Below, piece by piece: positions 1-8,397 of a stretch of 27,399 nucleotides of DNA. The notes below the pieces were generated by a model. That model made no database searches. It was given only the letters and a program-made list of their open reading frames with translations, and was not told where the DNA came from. The DNA comes from Acidimicrobiia bacterium (GTDB lineage: Bacteria > Actinomycetota > Acidimicrobiia > IMCC26256 > PALSA-610): NCBI GenBank assembly GCA_040513235.1, contig JBEVDP010000157.1, forward strand, positions 1-27,399, read 5' to 3'. Every line of letters begins with the position of its first letter. Positions within the stretch are counted from its first letter, which is position 1. The position numbers were made by a program, and so were the translations under genes.

Positions 1-235
1 TTGGCGGTGACGGCGGTCAGGAGACGGACGCATCGAAAGCGCTGCCCCTTCCACCGGCATCCCGGGGCAGATGGCGAGGTCGAGGGCTGCGCTGACCGAA
101 CAATGAGCGTCCGCGCGTTGTTGGACCAGGGGCGGCGCGCGACAATGGCCGCGGGCCGACCAGCCGGCGGATTGTGGCTAGCCTGGCGGCCGAACTCCCA
201 GCACCGGCGCCAGCCCTCATTGCAGTAGGACGCAC

Positions 236-616
236 ATGCCGCTCTCCGAGGAAGAGCAAAAGATCCTCAAGGAGATCGAGGCGCAGCTCAACGCGACCGA
301 TCCGGGTCTCGTCGAGCAGGTGTCGCGTACGACCCTGTACCGGCACTCCGCCCGCATGATCCGCTGGGCGGCGCTCGGGTTCCTCGGCGGCCTCGTCCTG
401 TTGGTGTTCACGTTTGCGAACAACCTGTTCGCGGGCGTGGTCGGCTTCGCGATCATGCTGGGCTGCTTGATCGTGATCGAGCGCAACGTCCGCAAGCTCG
501 GCCGGGCCGGCATGCAGACGCTCACCGGCGGGTGGAAGGCGGGCGGCGGCGTCCGCGGGTTCTTCGGCGAGCACGGCCGCACCTGGCGCGAGCGCTTCCG
601 CCGCGACGATCCCTGA
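236..616 (+). CDS. DUF3040 family small membrane protein
   Basis: N-terminus MPLSEEEQKILKEIEAQLNATDP matches the DUF3040 pattern (MPLSExEQRxLxxIExxLxxxDP). Two hydrophobic helices and a WRERFRR C-terminus. AGGA SD at 227-230. Confidence 0.85.
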   Translation: MPLSEEEQKILKEIEAQLNATDPGLVEQVSRTTLYRHSARMIRWAALGFLGGLVLLVFTFANNLFAGVVGFAIMLGCLIVIERNVRKLGRAGMQTLTGGWKAGGGVRGFFGEHGRTWRERFRRDDP

Positions 617-623
617 CCCGTCC

Positions 624-1097
624 GTGGCCTACACGGTCGCCCAAGCCGCTCGGTTGTCCGGGTGTACGCCGTCGCAGTTGCGCCATTGGGCGCGTCGCGG
701 GCTCGTCAGTCCGGCTGACGGCTACGAGTTCCGCGATCTCGTCGCCCTCCGGCTCGTTCGCAGCCTGCTCGACGCGGGCCTGTCTTCCCAACGCGTGAGC
801 GCGGCGCTGCGGCCACTCATCGAAGCGGGCGACGACCTCGCCAGCGTCCGGCTCGTCACTGATGGCCGCACCGCGTGGATCTGCCACGACGACGGTCAGA
901 TCCTCGACGCGCTGCGCTCGGGTCAGCTCGCCCTGTTCGTCGCCGTCGACCAGCTCGCGGCCGAGGTCGAGGCCGAGGTCGTCGCGTTCGATCGAGAACG
1001 CGCCGCGTTCGTCGAGCACTTGCTTTCCGCTCAGAGGGCCGCTCGGGCCCCGGACCTAACCCCACCGAAGCTTCGCTTCGGCGGGGACCCCAAATGA
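624..1097 (+). CDS. MerR-family HTH regulator, Rv1830/McdR-like
   Basis: YTVAQAARLSGCTPSQLRHWARRGLV HTH followed by FRDLVALRLVRSLLDAGLS and RLVTDG...ILDALRSGQ, which parallels the actinobacterial Rv1830-type C-terminal domain. GTG start 7 nt after the DUF3040 stop. Confidence 0.75.
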   Translation: MAYTVAQAARLSGCTPSQLRHWARRGLVSPADGYEFRDLVALRLVRSLLDAGLSSQRVSAALRPLIEAGDDLASVRLVTDGRTAWICHDDGQILDALRSGQLALFVAVDQLAAEVEAEVVAFDRERAAFVEHLLSAQRAARAPDLTPPKLRFGGDPK

Positions 1098-1100
1098 CGG

Positions 1101-1123
1101 GCGACGCACGATACGTGCGCCGC
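1101..1123. terminator. Hairpin between convergent genes (possible bidirectional terminator)
   Basis: gcg-a-cgcacg-ata-cgtgcg-c-cgc stem-loop just after the MerR stop, facing the convergent transglutaminase gene. No U-tract. Confidence 0.35.
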
Positions 1124-1161
1124 TGATCCTCGCCTCAGGCGCGACACAGAATCCGGGTAAC

Positions 1162-3420
1162 TCAGGCGTCGACGGTTTCCAGGGTGCGGCGCGGGTCGAG
1201 GCGACGGAACCAGCGGGTCGTTCTCGGCACGGAGTGCTTGAGCGCGGCGTTGACCGCGTCCGCGTTGCGCCAGGCCGTGCGGGCTTCTTCGTCGCTCGGC
1301 GGATCGGGTGCGAACAGCGCCGCGGTCTGCAATTGGGCCAGTTCCATCAGCGGCGGGCCTGCGTCACCGGCACCGTGCGCAGGTGCGTGCCGCAACGCAA
1401 ACTCGACCGGAGTCGCCGACGGGCGGCGCTCGACCCCGGCTTCGGCGAGGTGGTCGAGCGCGTAGGCCCAGGCCCCGAGCACGCGGTCACGCGGATCGGG
1501 CGCGTGGCGGCGCTGCCGAGTACGCCGCACCGCGCGCACGACGAGGCATGCGAGGCCGACAGTCGCGAACACGAGGAGCGTCCCCGCGACGAACACGAAC
1601 CCGATGAAGATCTGGCCGAACGGGTTCGAAGTGCCGGTGCTGTCGCCGGCCGATTCCCCGGCAGTGAGCGTGAGGTTCTGGTCGGGATCACGGGTCGGAA
1701 AGGTGAGGTCCGGAAAGGTGCCGGGCGCAACTGTCGTGGTGGTCACCTCGGCACCGGGATCAACCGCGGCCGCGGGCGCGGGTGCGGCTTGCGGATCGCC
1801 GGTGCCGCTCGCATTGTCGAACCGCTGCGGTGTCGGCTCGAGCGAGATCCAGCCCAGTCCCGTGAAGTACACCTCCGGCCAGGCGTGCGCATCGCGATTG
1901 CGCACGATGTACGAGCCGTTGAACTCGGTGCCGTACGTGTAGCCGACCGCGACGCGGGTCGGGAGCCCCACCGAGCGGGCCATGGCGCCGAAGGCCGACG
2001 CGAACTGCTCGCAGTAGCCCTCCTTGGTTTCGAACAGGAACTCCTCGAGCCGGTCGATGTCGTGCTCCCTCGCGACGTTGAGGTTGTACGTGAAGCCGCC
2101 GTCGCGCCCGAGGTAGTTCGCGATTGCCTCGGCCTGGTCCCATGGTGTTTCGGCGCCGGCGGTGACGTCGGCCGCGAGGTCGTGCACGTCCTGGGAGAGC
2201 CCGCTGGGAAGCTCGAGGTACTGCTCCCATTCGTCGGGGTCGACGGGCGGTGCCGCGCGGCGCTCGGCGACGTCGGTCACCGGAAGCTCGGACGTCACGT
2301 CGTAGCTCAGGTTGACGATCGGCGTTTCGCTCTTCAGATAGAGCGTGGCCGAGTCCTCGACCGCGAGCGCGTTGTCGAGCGACACCGACGTCGGTCGGTA
2401 GGCGGCCGGCAGCCAGTGCGGGTCGGCCGCGGTGATCGTGAACCGCTGGTCGAGTTCCTCGGTCGTCGGCGGCTCACTCGGCGGATCGAGCTCGTCGGCC
2501 GGCTCGCCCGTGTCGTTCAGCTTCCAGACGTTGCCGTCGTACTCGTCGAGCGCGATGACGCGCCAGTAGCGCGGTTCGGCGTCGCCGATGTCGACTGTGA
2601 AGACCTGGCGATCAGGGTCGAGCTGCAACTTCGCCTGGATCGAGATGATCGGCGTCTCCGCGTTGAGCAGCCCCCCGCCGTCGCCGTCGCCGAGCGCCCG
2701 GTAGTCGATCCACGGCTCGCTGCGCGCACCGGGAACTCCCGGCCCGATGATCGCCGCGCCCGCAACGATCACCGCGGCGGCGATCACGCCGCCGACGAGT
2801 GTGTTCGACCGGCGCGGTTCGGTCGCGTGGAACCAACTGCGCCGTTCGCGGACCTCGTCGTGGTGCAGTGCAAGGAGATAGAGCGTGCCGGCGAGCGTGT
2901 ACAGGATCGTGATTGCGACCCACGACCCGTCGCCGAGGGCCGCGATGGTCACGAACATGACAAGGCTTGGCCCGATGGCGCCGAGCGTCGCGTCGAGCCG
3001 CCGTGCCGACCATTCCGCGATCGCGCCAGCACCGAAAAGGGAAGCGAGCGCGAGCAGCAGCGCGCCCCGTTCGGCTGCGACCGGCACCACGGCGGTGCGC
3101 AAGACGTGCGGCGCATCGCGGAGGTCGTCGAAGAAGCTGCTGAACGTGGCCTGTGTCGGGAGGGCGGACGAGATCGTGTGTGCCTCGACGACGTAGAGCG
3201 TGAGGAGGAACAGCGCGCCGACGAGTGCTGCGAGTGTTGTGAATGTGTTCCACCGCCGGCGGTCGGCGACACCGATGATGACGTGCGGCGCGATCGCGGC
3301 GACGAGCGCGGCGGTCAGCCACGCCCGCTCGGCGAAGACCGCGGTCAGCCCGACGGCGACCGCGACGGTCAGGCCCGCGCGGGTGATGCTGACAAGGGAA
3401 GACGGACGCTGCGCTGCCAT
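1162..3420 (-). CDS. DUF3488/transglutaminase-like membrane protein (TgpA-like)
   Basis: Multiple N-terminal TM helices, transglutaminase core GYCEQFASAF...AHAWPEVY...WISLEPTP, then a TM helix and DUF4129-like C-terminus. Start placed at ATG 3420 (MAAQRPSS), overlapping the DUF58 3' end. The upstream extension in the ORF track is a shadow of DUF58. Confidence 0.85.
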   Translation of the reverse strand: MAAQRPSSLVSITRAGLTVAVAVGLTAVFAERAWLTAALVAAIAPHVIIGVADRRRWNTFTTLAALVGALFLLTLYVVEAHTISSALPTQATFSSFFDDLRDAPHVLRTAVVPVAAERGALLLALASLFGAGAIAEWSARRLDATLGAIGPSLVMFVTIAALGDGSWVAITILYTLAGTLYLLALHHDEVRERRSWFHATEPRRSNTLVGGVIAAAVIVAGAAIIGPGVPGARSEPWIDYRALGDGDGGGLLNAETPIISIQAKLQLDPDRQVFTVDIGDAEPRYWRVIALDEYDGNVWKLNDTGEPADELDPPSEPPTTEELDQRFTITAADPHWLPAAYRPTSVSLDNALAVEDSATLYLKSETPIVNLSYDVTSELPVTDVAERRAAPPVDPDEWEQYLELPSGLSQDVHDLAADVTAGAETPWDQAEAIANYLGRDGGFTYNLNVAREHDIDRLEEFLFETKEGYCEQFASAFGAMARSVGLPTRVAVGYTYGTEFNGSYIVRNRDAHAWPEVYFTGLGWISLEPTPQRFDNASGTGDPQAAPAPAAAVDPGAEVTTTTVAPGTFPDLTFPTRDPDQNLTLTAGESAGDSTGTSNPFGQIFIGFVFVAGTLLVFATVGLACLVVRAVRRTRQRRHAPDPRDRVLGAWAYALDHLAEAGVERRPSATPVEFALRHAPAHGAGDAGPPLMELAQLQTAALFAPDPPSDEEARTAWRNADAVNAALKHSVPRTTRWFRRLDPRRTLETVDA

Positions 3421-4565
3421 CTCAGTACGGCCTGGTTCCACGACTCGACGAACGGTTGATCGGGTCCGAACTCCACGACGATCGGGCGGTAGCGGCGACT
3501 GCGGACCCAGACACCGGAACCTTCGGGCAAAGTGGTGACCGCGGCGAGCATGCCGCCGCCACGGATGAGGACGTTGAGGGCGCCGCTGTCGTCGCCGCGC
3601 ATCTGGCCCATGCACGCCACGAGTGCACCGGTGCGGCGGCGCGTCGAGGCGACGACGATGCGGTCGGGACCGTGGGGCTGCACCACCGCGAGTTCGTCCA
3701 TCACGCTCGCGAGATGCCGCCGGCCGGCTGCGCCGACGATGACGCCGGTGCTCAGCACAACTTCGCACGGACGGCCCACACGGTCGCACGCGGTCACGAC
3801 CGATGCGCAGGCTTCGACCGCGCGCTCGAAAGACAAGCGGTCGTGCGCATTCGGTCGCACGTCGAGCATGACGAGCACGGGCGTACGGCGGCGCGCTTCG
3901 TTCTGGCGCACCATCAACCGCTGGCGGCGGGCGCTCGAACGCCAGTGCACCCGGCGCAGGTCGTCGCCCGGTTCGTAGTCGCGCAGGGCGAGGAACTCAC
4001 CGCCGGGATCGAGGCGCCCGTGCGCCCGAGGCTGGTCGCGGTCGAGTTCGTCGCCACCCGTCTCGGGCAACGACATGATCTCGTGCACGCGCGGGAAGAT
4101 GATGACCTCTTCGGCGCCGAGCACGCGTCGCGCGCGGCTCGCGAGTCCGAACGGATCAGCGACCGTGGCGCGCAACGGCCCGAGATCAAAGCGGCCGCGC
4201 CGGTCGGTGGGGATGCGGTAGGCCGCGCGCGCCGACTCGCCGGGTGCCAGTGGCGCGAGCAGGAACCGCGCCGAGCGCCGGCCGCGGTCGAACGCATCAG
4301 ACACCGTCACGGTCGGGAGCCGCCGCGGCGCCGTCGACTCGACCGTGAGATCGACCCTGCCCTCGACACCGACCTGCAATCGCTCGCGGAGGTGACGGGT
4401 AGCCCGGAGTTCGAGTGGGTGGATGCGCACCCAGATGGCGGCGCCCAGGAGGAGCAGGGCTCCAGCCGCGGCGAGGACGACGAGCTGCACCAACCCCAGC
4501 ATGCGCGACCCGATATAGAGGCCTGTACACGCTCCGAACAGGGACCAGCCGCGTCGCGTCAGCAT
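3369..4565 (-). CDS. DUF58 family protein
   Basis: N-terminal TM helices (MLTRRGW...), DPFGL motif and EFLALRDYEPGDDLRRVHWRSSAR...LMVRQ signature. Lies between MoxR and the transglutaminase. Confidence 0.9.
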   Translation of the reverse strand: MLTRRGWSLFGACTGLYIGSRMLGLVQLVVLAAAGALLLLGAAIWVRIHPLELRATRHLRERLQVGVEGRVDLTVESTAPRRLPTVTVSDAFDRGRRSARFLLAPLAPGESARAAYRIPTDRRGRFDLGPLRATVADPFGLASRARRVLGAEEVIIFPRVHEIMSLPETGGDELDRDQPRAHGRLDPGGEFLALRDYEPGDDLRRVHWRSSARRQRLMVRQNEARRRTPVLVMLDVRPNAHDRLSFERAVEACASVVTACDRVGRPCEVVLSTGVIVGAAGRRHLASVMDELAVVQPHGPDRIVVASTRRRTGALVACMGQMRGDDSGALNVLIRGGGMLAAVTTLPEGSGVWVRSRRYRPIVVEFGPDQPFVESWNQAVLRWQRSVRLPLSASPARA

Positions 4566-4572
4566 CGAGTGT

Positions 4573-5544
<972 letters not shown>

Positions 5545-5572
5545 GTGAAGACCTCCGTCCCAGGGGCCGCTT

Positions 5573-6004
5573 GTGTCCGAGGGGTGCCCGACCGGCGCCA
5601 AGCCGCCCACCCCCGAGGTGGCGTCGGCGCCCACGCTACCGTCCGGGGCGCTGGATCCGAACCGCACGTCTGCCACTGAGATTTCCCCTCCGCACGCGAG
5701 TGGGACGCAAAGTCGCGCCGTTTGGTTCAATGTCGTCTCGGCGGTGGCCATGCGGCCGCGACTCTGGCCGACAGCGGTCCGCCAGATCAGTCGGCTCGCG
5801 GCACCGGGGTGGTGGCGACGTTCGCCCCACCTGCCCGTGCCGCCCCCGGAGTACCTCGCGTTCCGGATGCAGACCGCGTACGGTCCCGATGCCGGGACGC
5901 GCGCCGGCGACGTCCTCGCGTATCTCGAGTGGTGCCGGACGATGCAGCGGGCCGGGCATCGCGCCTCGAACGGACTGGCCGTTCGGCCGCGAACGCGCCG
6001 GTAG
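5573..6004 (+). CDS. Small Trp/Pro/Arg-rich hypothetical protein (start uncertain; likely core about 5720-5945)
   Basis: Segment RPRLWPTAVRQ..RLAAPGWWRRSPHLPVPPPEYLAFRMQTAYG...DVLAYLEWCR looks like a real folded protein and resembles small hypotheticals I recall from Acidimicrobiia. In-frame starts at 5573, 5618, 5744 and 5750; none has a clear SD. Confidence 0.55.
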   Translation: MSEGCPTGAKPPTPEVASAPTLPSGALDPNRTSATEISPPHASGTQSRAVWFNVVSAVAMRPRLWPTAVRQISRLAAPGWWRRSPHLPVPPPEYLAFRMQTAYGPDAGTRAGDVLAYLEWCRTMQRAGHRASNGLAVRPRTRR

Positions 6005-6075
6005 ACTCCACCCCAACCGACGCGCGCCGGGCCGTGCCGTTCCCCGGGCCGATCGGCAAGGAGGTGGACACGGCC

Positions 6076-6585
6076 GTGGCTCGGGCGCTGTTGCTGAACG
6101 CCAGCTTCGAACCGCTCTGCGTCGTGTCGTCGCGCCGCGCCGTCGTTCTCGTGCTCAAGGAGAAGGCCGAGATCGTGCACCGCAACGGTGCCGAGTTCCG
6201 ATCGGAACGGCGCTCGGTGCCTGTGCCCTCGGTGATCCGGCTCGTCCACTTCGTGCGGGTCCCGTACCGTGCCGCGGCGCCGTTGTCGCGCCGAGCCGTG
6301 TTCGCCCGTGACGGTCACCGCTGCCAGTACTGCGGGAACAACGCGGAGAACCTCGACCACGTTGTGCCCCGCTCCCGGGGCGGCACGCACACGTGGGACA
6401 ACGTCGTTGCGTCGTGCCGGAGCTGCAACTCCCGCAAGGAGGACCGGCTGCCGTCGGAGTGCTCGATGTCATTGCGGCACGCGCCCCGCGCCCCGCACGC
6501 GACGACGTCGCTCATCGCCTCGGCCGGCCCCGTCGACCCCGACTGGGGTCCTTACCTGTCCCGCATCGAGGCCGTACCTGCGTAA
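6076..6585 (+). CDS. HNH endonuclease (LLLNASxEPL N-terminus, McrA-like/HNH_5 type)
   Basis: ALLLNASFEPL...RDGHRCQYCG...LDHVVPRSRGG...WDNVVASCRSCNSRK with two CxxC pairs. GTG 6076 preceded by strong AAGGAGGTG SD. Confidence 0.9.
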   Translation: MARALLLNASFEPLCVVSSRRAVVLVLKEKAEIVHRNGAEFRSERRSVPVPSVIRLVHFVRVPYRAAAPLSRRAVFARDGHRCQYCGNNAENLDHVVPRSRGGTHTWDNVVASCRSCNSRKEDRLPSECSMSLRHAPRAPHATTSLIASAGPVDPDWGPYLSRIEAVPA

Positions 6586-6649
6586 GCAGGACGCTCGCGC
6601 CGCGGGACGTGGCGGGTCCGGGGCGAAACGGGTGGGGCAGGGGTGACTG

Positions 6650-6716
6650 GTGGGGCGCATTGGGTTGACGTGGTGGGGTCTCGTGGCATAGTGTGGCGCC
6701 AGGTGGTGGAAAGGGG
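6650..6716 (+). promoter_or_regulatory. MraZ-binding box array (GTGG, 10-bp period)
   Basis: GTGG at 6673, 6683, 6693 and 6703, plus GGGG at 6713, in exact 10-bp phase. A second phased set is GTGG 6650, TTGG 6660, GTGG 6670. MraZ is known to bind such repeats upstream of its own gene. Confidence 0.8.
6665..6694 (+). promoter_or_regulatory. Sigma70-type promoter of the mraZ/dcw operon
   Basis: TTGACG (6665-6670) followed by CATAGT (6687-6692, 16 nt spacer) or TAGTGT (6689-6694, 18 nt spacer), overlapped by the GTGG boxes. Confidence 0.65.
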
Positions 6717-6758
6717 AGTCAATCCCCACACCGAGGGCCGACAGGTGGTGTCCGGCGG

Positions 6759-7184
6759 ATGTTCTTGGGGGAGCACAGCCACTCCCTCGACGCGAAGGGA
6801 CGGGTCATCCTCCCGGCGCGCTTCCGGGACCAGTTGGAGGGGGGAGCGGTGATGGCCAGGTCTTTGGACGGATGCCTCGCCGTGTACCCGCGCGCCGAGT
6901 TCGAGCGCACCGCCTCCAACCTCCAAGAGATCCGCTCGCGTGGCATGACCGAGCGCAATGCGTCCCGCGCCTATTTCAGCGGCGCGGTCGACATCACCCC
7001 CGACAAGCAGGGTCGGGTGGCGATCCCGCAGAACCTGCGCGAGTACGCGGCCCTCGACCGCGACGTGATCGTCGCCGGCAACTTCGACCACGTCGAGATC
7101 TGGGACGCCCAACGCTTCCGCGTGGCCAACCGCGCGGGCATCGCGTCCCTCGAAGAAGGAGTCGGCGTCAGCGACTTCTTGTAG
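6759..7184 (+). CDS. mraZ: Division/cell wall cluster transcriptional repressor MraZ
   Basis: MFLGEHSHSLDAKGRVILPARFR and second repeat DKQGRVAIPQNLREYA...EIWD. ATG 6759 with AGGTGG SD. Confidence 0.97.
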   Translation: MFLGEHSHSLDAKGRVILPARFRDQLEGGAVMARSLDGCLAVYPRAEFERTASNLQEIRSRGMTERNASRAYFSGAVDITPDKQGRVAIPQNLREYAALDRDVIVAGNFDHVEIWDAQRFRVANRAGIASLEEGVGVSDFL

Positions 7185-7204
7185 TGCACGTCATTTGACA
7201 TAGA

Positions 7205-7330
7205 GCCCGGTTTTCCGGGCCCGACTCCAGCCCCCCGGCCGGCGCGGTTGTTGGCCCCTACTCCGCCCGCTGTCAGCCGATGCCGACCCGGGGAGAAATC
7301 CTGGGCGGCGCCTGTCGTTCGGGGGGCTGC
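7205..7330 (+). ncRNA. Candidate structured cis-regulatory RNA upstream of rsmH (mraW-motif-like)
   Basis: By-eye helices: 7205-7210/7215-7220; 7228-7238/7319-7329; about 7240-7255/7269-7285 with C-rich loop 7256-7268; 7287-7293/7299-7305 with AGAAA loop. Same position as the known actinobacterial mraW RNA motif. Not confirmed by a covariance model. Confidence 0.5.
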
Positions 7331-7400
7331 AGCCGGGCACGGCGAACGGAAGTGGCTCGGCAGAGCAAGAGACCCGAGAACACAGAAGTAAGGAGCAGAT

Positions 7401-8360
7401 GTGGAGGAGGGGTTCTCGCACCTCCCCGTCATGGGACGGGAGGTGGTGGAACTTCTCTCGCCGGTTCCGGCCGGGATGATCGTCGACTGCACGGTGGGTG
7501 GTGGGGGCCATGCCGCGTTGCTGCTGGACGCCCGGCCCGACATCACGCTCCTCGGGATCGACCGGGACGCCGACGCCATCGCCGCCGCGCGCGCCCGGCT
7601 CGCAGCCTTCGGGTCGCGAGCGCAGGTGGTGCACGGAGGGTTCGAGATGCTCGGCGAGGTGGTTGCCGAGCACGGCGAGGGGAAACCGGTCATGGGGATC
7701 CTGATGGATCTGGGAGTCAGCAGTCCGCAGTTGGACCGCGGCGAGCGCGGCTTCTCGTACCGCTTCGACGCCCCGCTCGACATGCGCATGGACGCCCGCC
7801 AGGAGCTGACCGCGGCCACCGTCGTCAACACGTATCCCGAAGAGGAACTCGCGGATGTGATCGCGCGCTACGGCGAGGAACGCTTCGCCCGCCGGGTCGC
7901 CCATGCGATCGTCGCGGCCCGCCCGATCGCATCCACCCGCGAGCTGGCCGACCTCGTGCGCGACGCCATTCCGGCTGCCACCCGCCGGCGCGGCCCGCAC
8001 CCGGCGCGCCGCACGTTTCAAGCCATTCGCATGGAGGTGAACCGCGAGCTTCCAAATCTCGCGGACGGCCTCGACGAATCGGTGTACCTCCTCGGCCCGC
8101 ACGGCCGGGTGCTCGTGATCGCGTATCACTCGCTCGAGGACCGGATCGTGAAGCAAACCTTCGCACGATGGGCCGGGGAGGACGCTGACGCGCGGACCCC
8201 GCCAAAGTTGCCGGTCGAGCCTGCGCGCCGCCGGCCCCTCGTGCGACCAGTGACGCGCCGGCCGCTGCGGCCGACTGCGGCGGAAGTCGACGCCAATCCG
8301 CGTGCCGAGAGTGCGCGATTGCGGGCCGCCGAGCGGCTCACACCTGCCCCGCCCCTCTGA
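7401..8360 (+). CDS. rsmH: 16S rRNA m4C1402 methyltransferase RsmH (MraW)
   Basis: HLPV, DCTVGGGGHA, GIDRD, DLGVSSPQLD...RGFS, PLDMRMD, RTFQAIRMEVNRE, YHSLEDRIVK, NPRAESARLR. AAGGAG SD. Confidence 0.97.
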   Translation: MEEGFSHLPVMGREVVELLSPVPAGMIVDCTVGGGGHAALLLDARPDITLLGIDRDADAIAAARARLAAFGSRAQVVHGGFEMLGEVVAEHGEGKPVMGILMDLGVSSPQLDRGERGFSYRFDAPLDMRMDARQELTAATVVNTYPEEELADVIARYGEERFARRVAHAIVAARPIASTRELADLVRDAIPAATRRRGPHPARRTFQAIRMEVNRELPNLADGLDESVYLLGPHGRVLVIAYHSLEDRIVKQTFARWAGEDADARTPPKLPVEPARRRPLVRPVTRRPLRPTAAEVDANPRAESARLRAAERLTPAPPL

Positions 8361-8397
8361 TCCCCAACCCCAGACCCCGAACCCTGACCAGCAGCCC

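Noticed and set aside
1-235. ORFs 1-228 (+) and 17-574 (-), or a gene running off the left edge
   Set aside because: No recognisable motif or coding signal by eye; cannot be resolved without flanking sequence.
5600-5700. CCCAC/CGCAC motifs resembling reverse MraZ boxes upstream of moxR
   Set aside because: Spacing is irregular rather than a strict 10-bp phase, and such motifs are frequent in GC-rich DNA.
5545-5789. N-terminal extensions of MoxR (to 5752 or 6390) and FtsZ (20491) in the ORF track
   Set aside because: Homology-like sequence begins at the downstream starts, which have good SD sequences (GGAGGT at 5556-5551; GAAAGGT before 20584).
7399-7479. Out-of-frame ATG 2 nt before the rsmH GTG, giving a 26-aa Trp-rich peptide
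   Set aside because: SD spacing (3 nt) is poorer than for the GTG (5 nt), and the composition is explained by the rsmH frame. No support without Ribo-seq.
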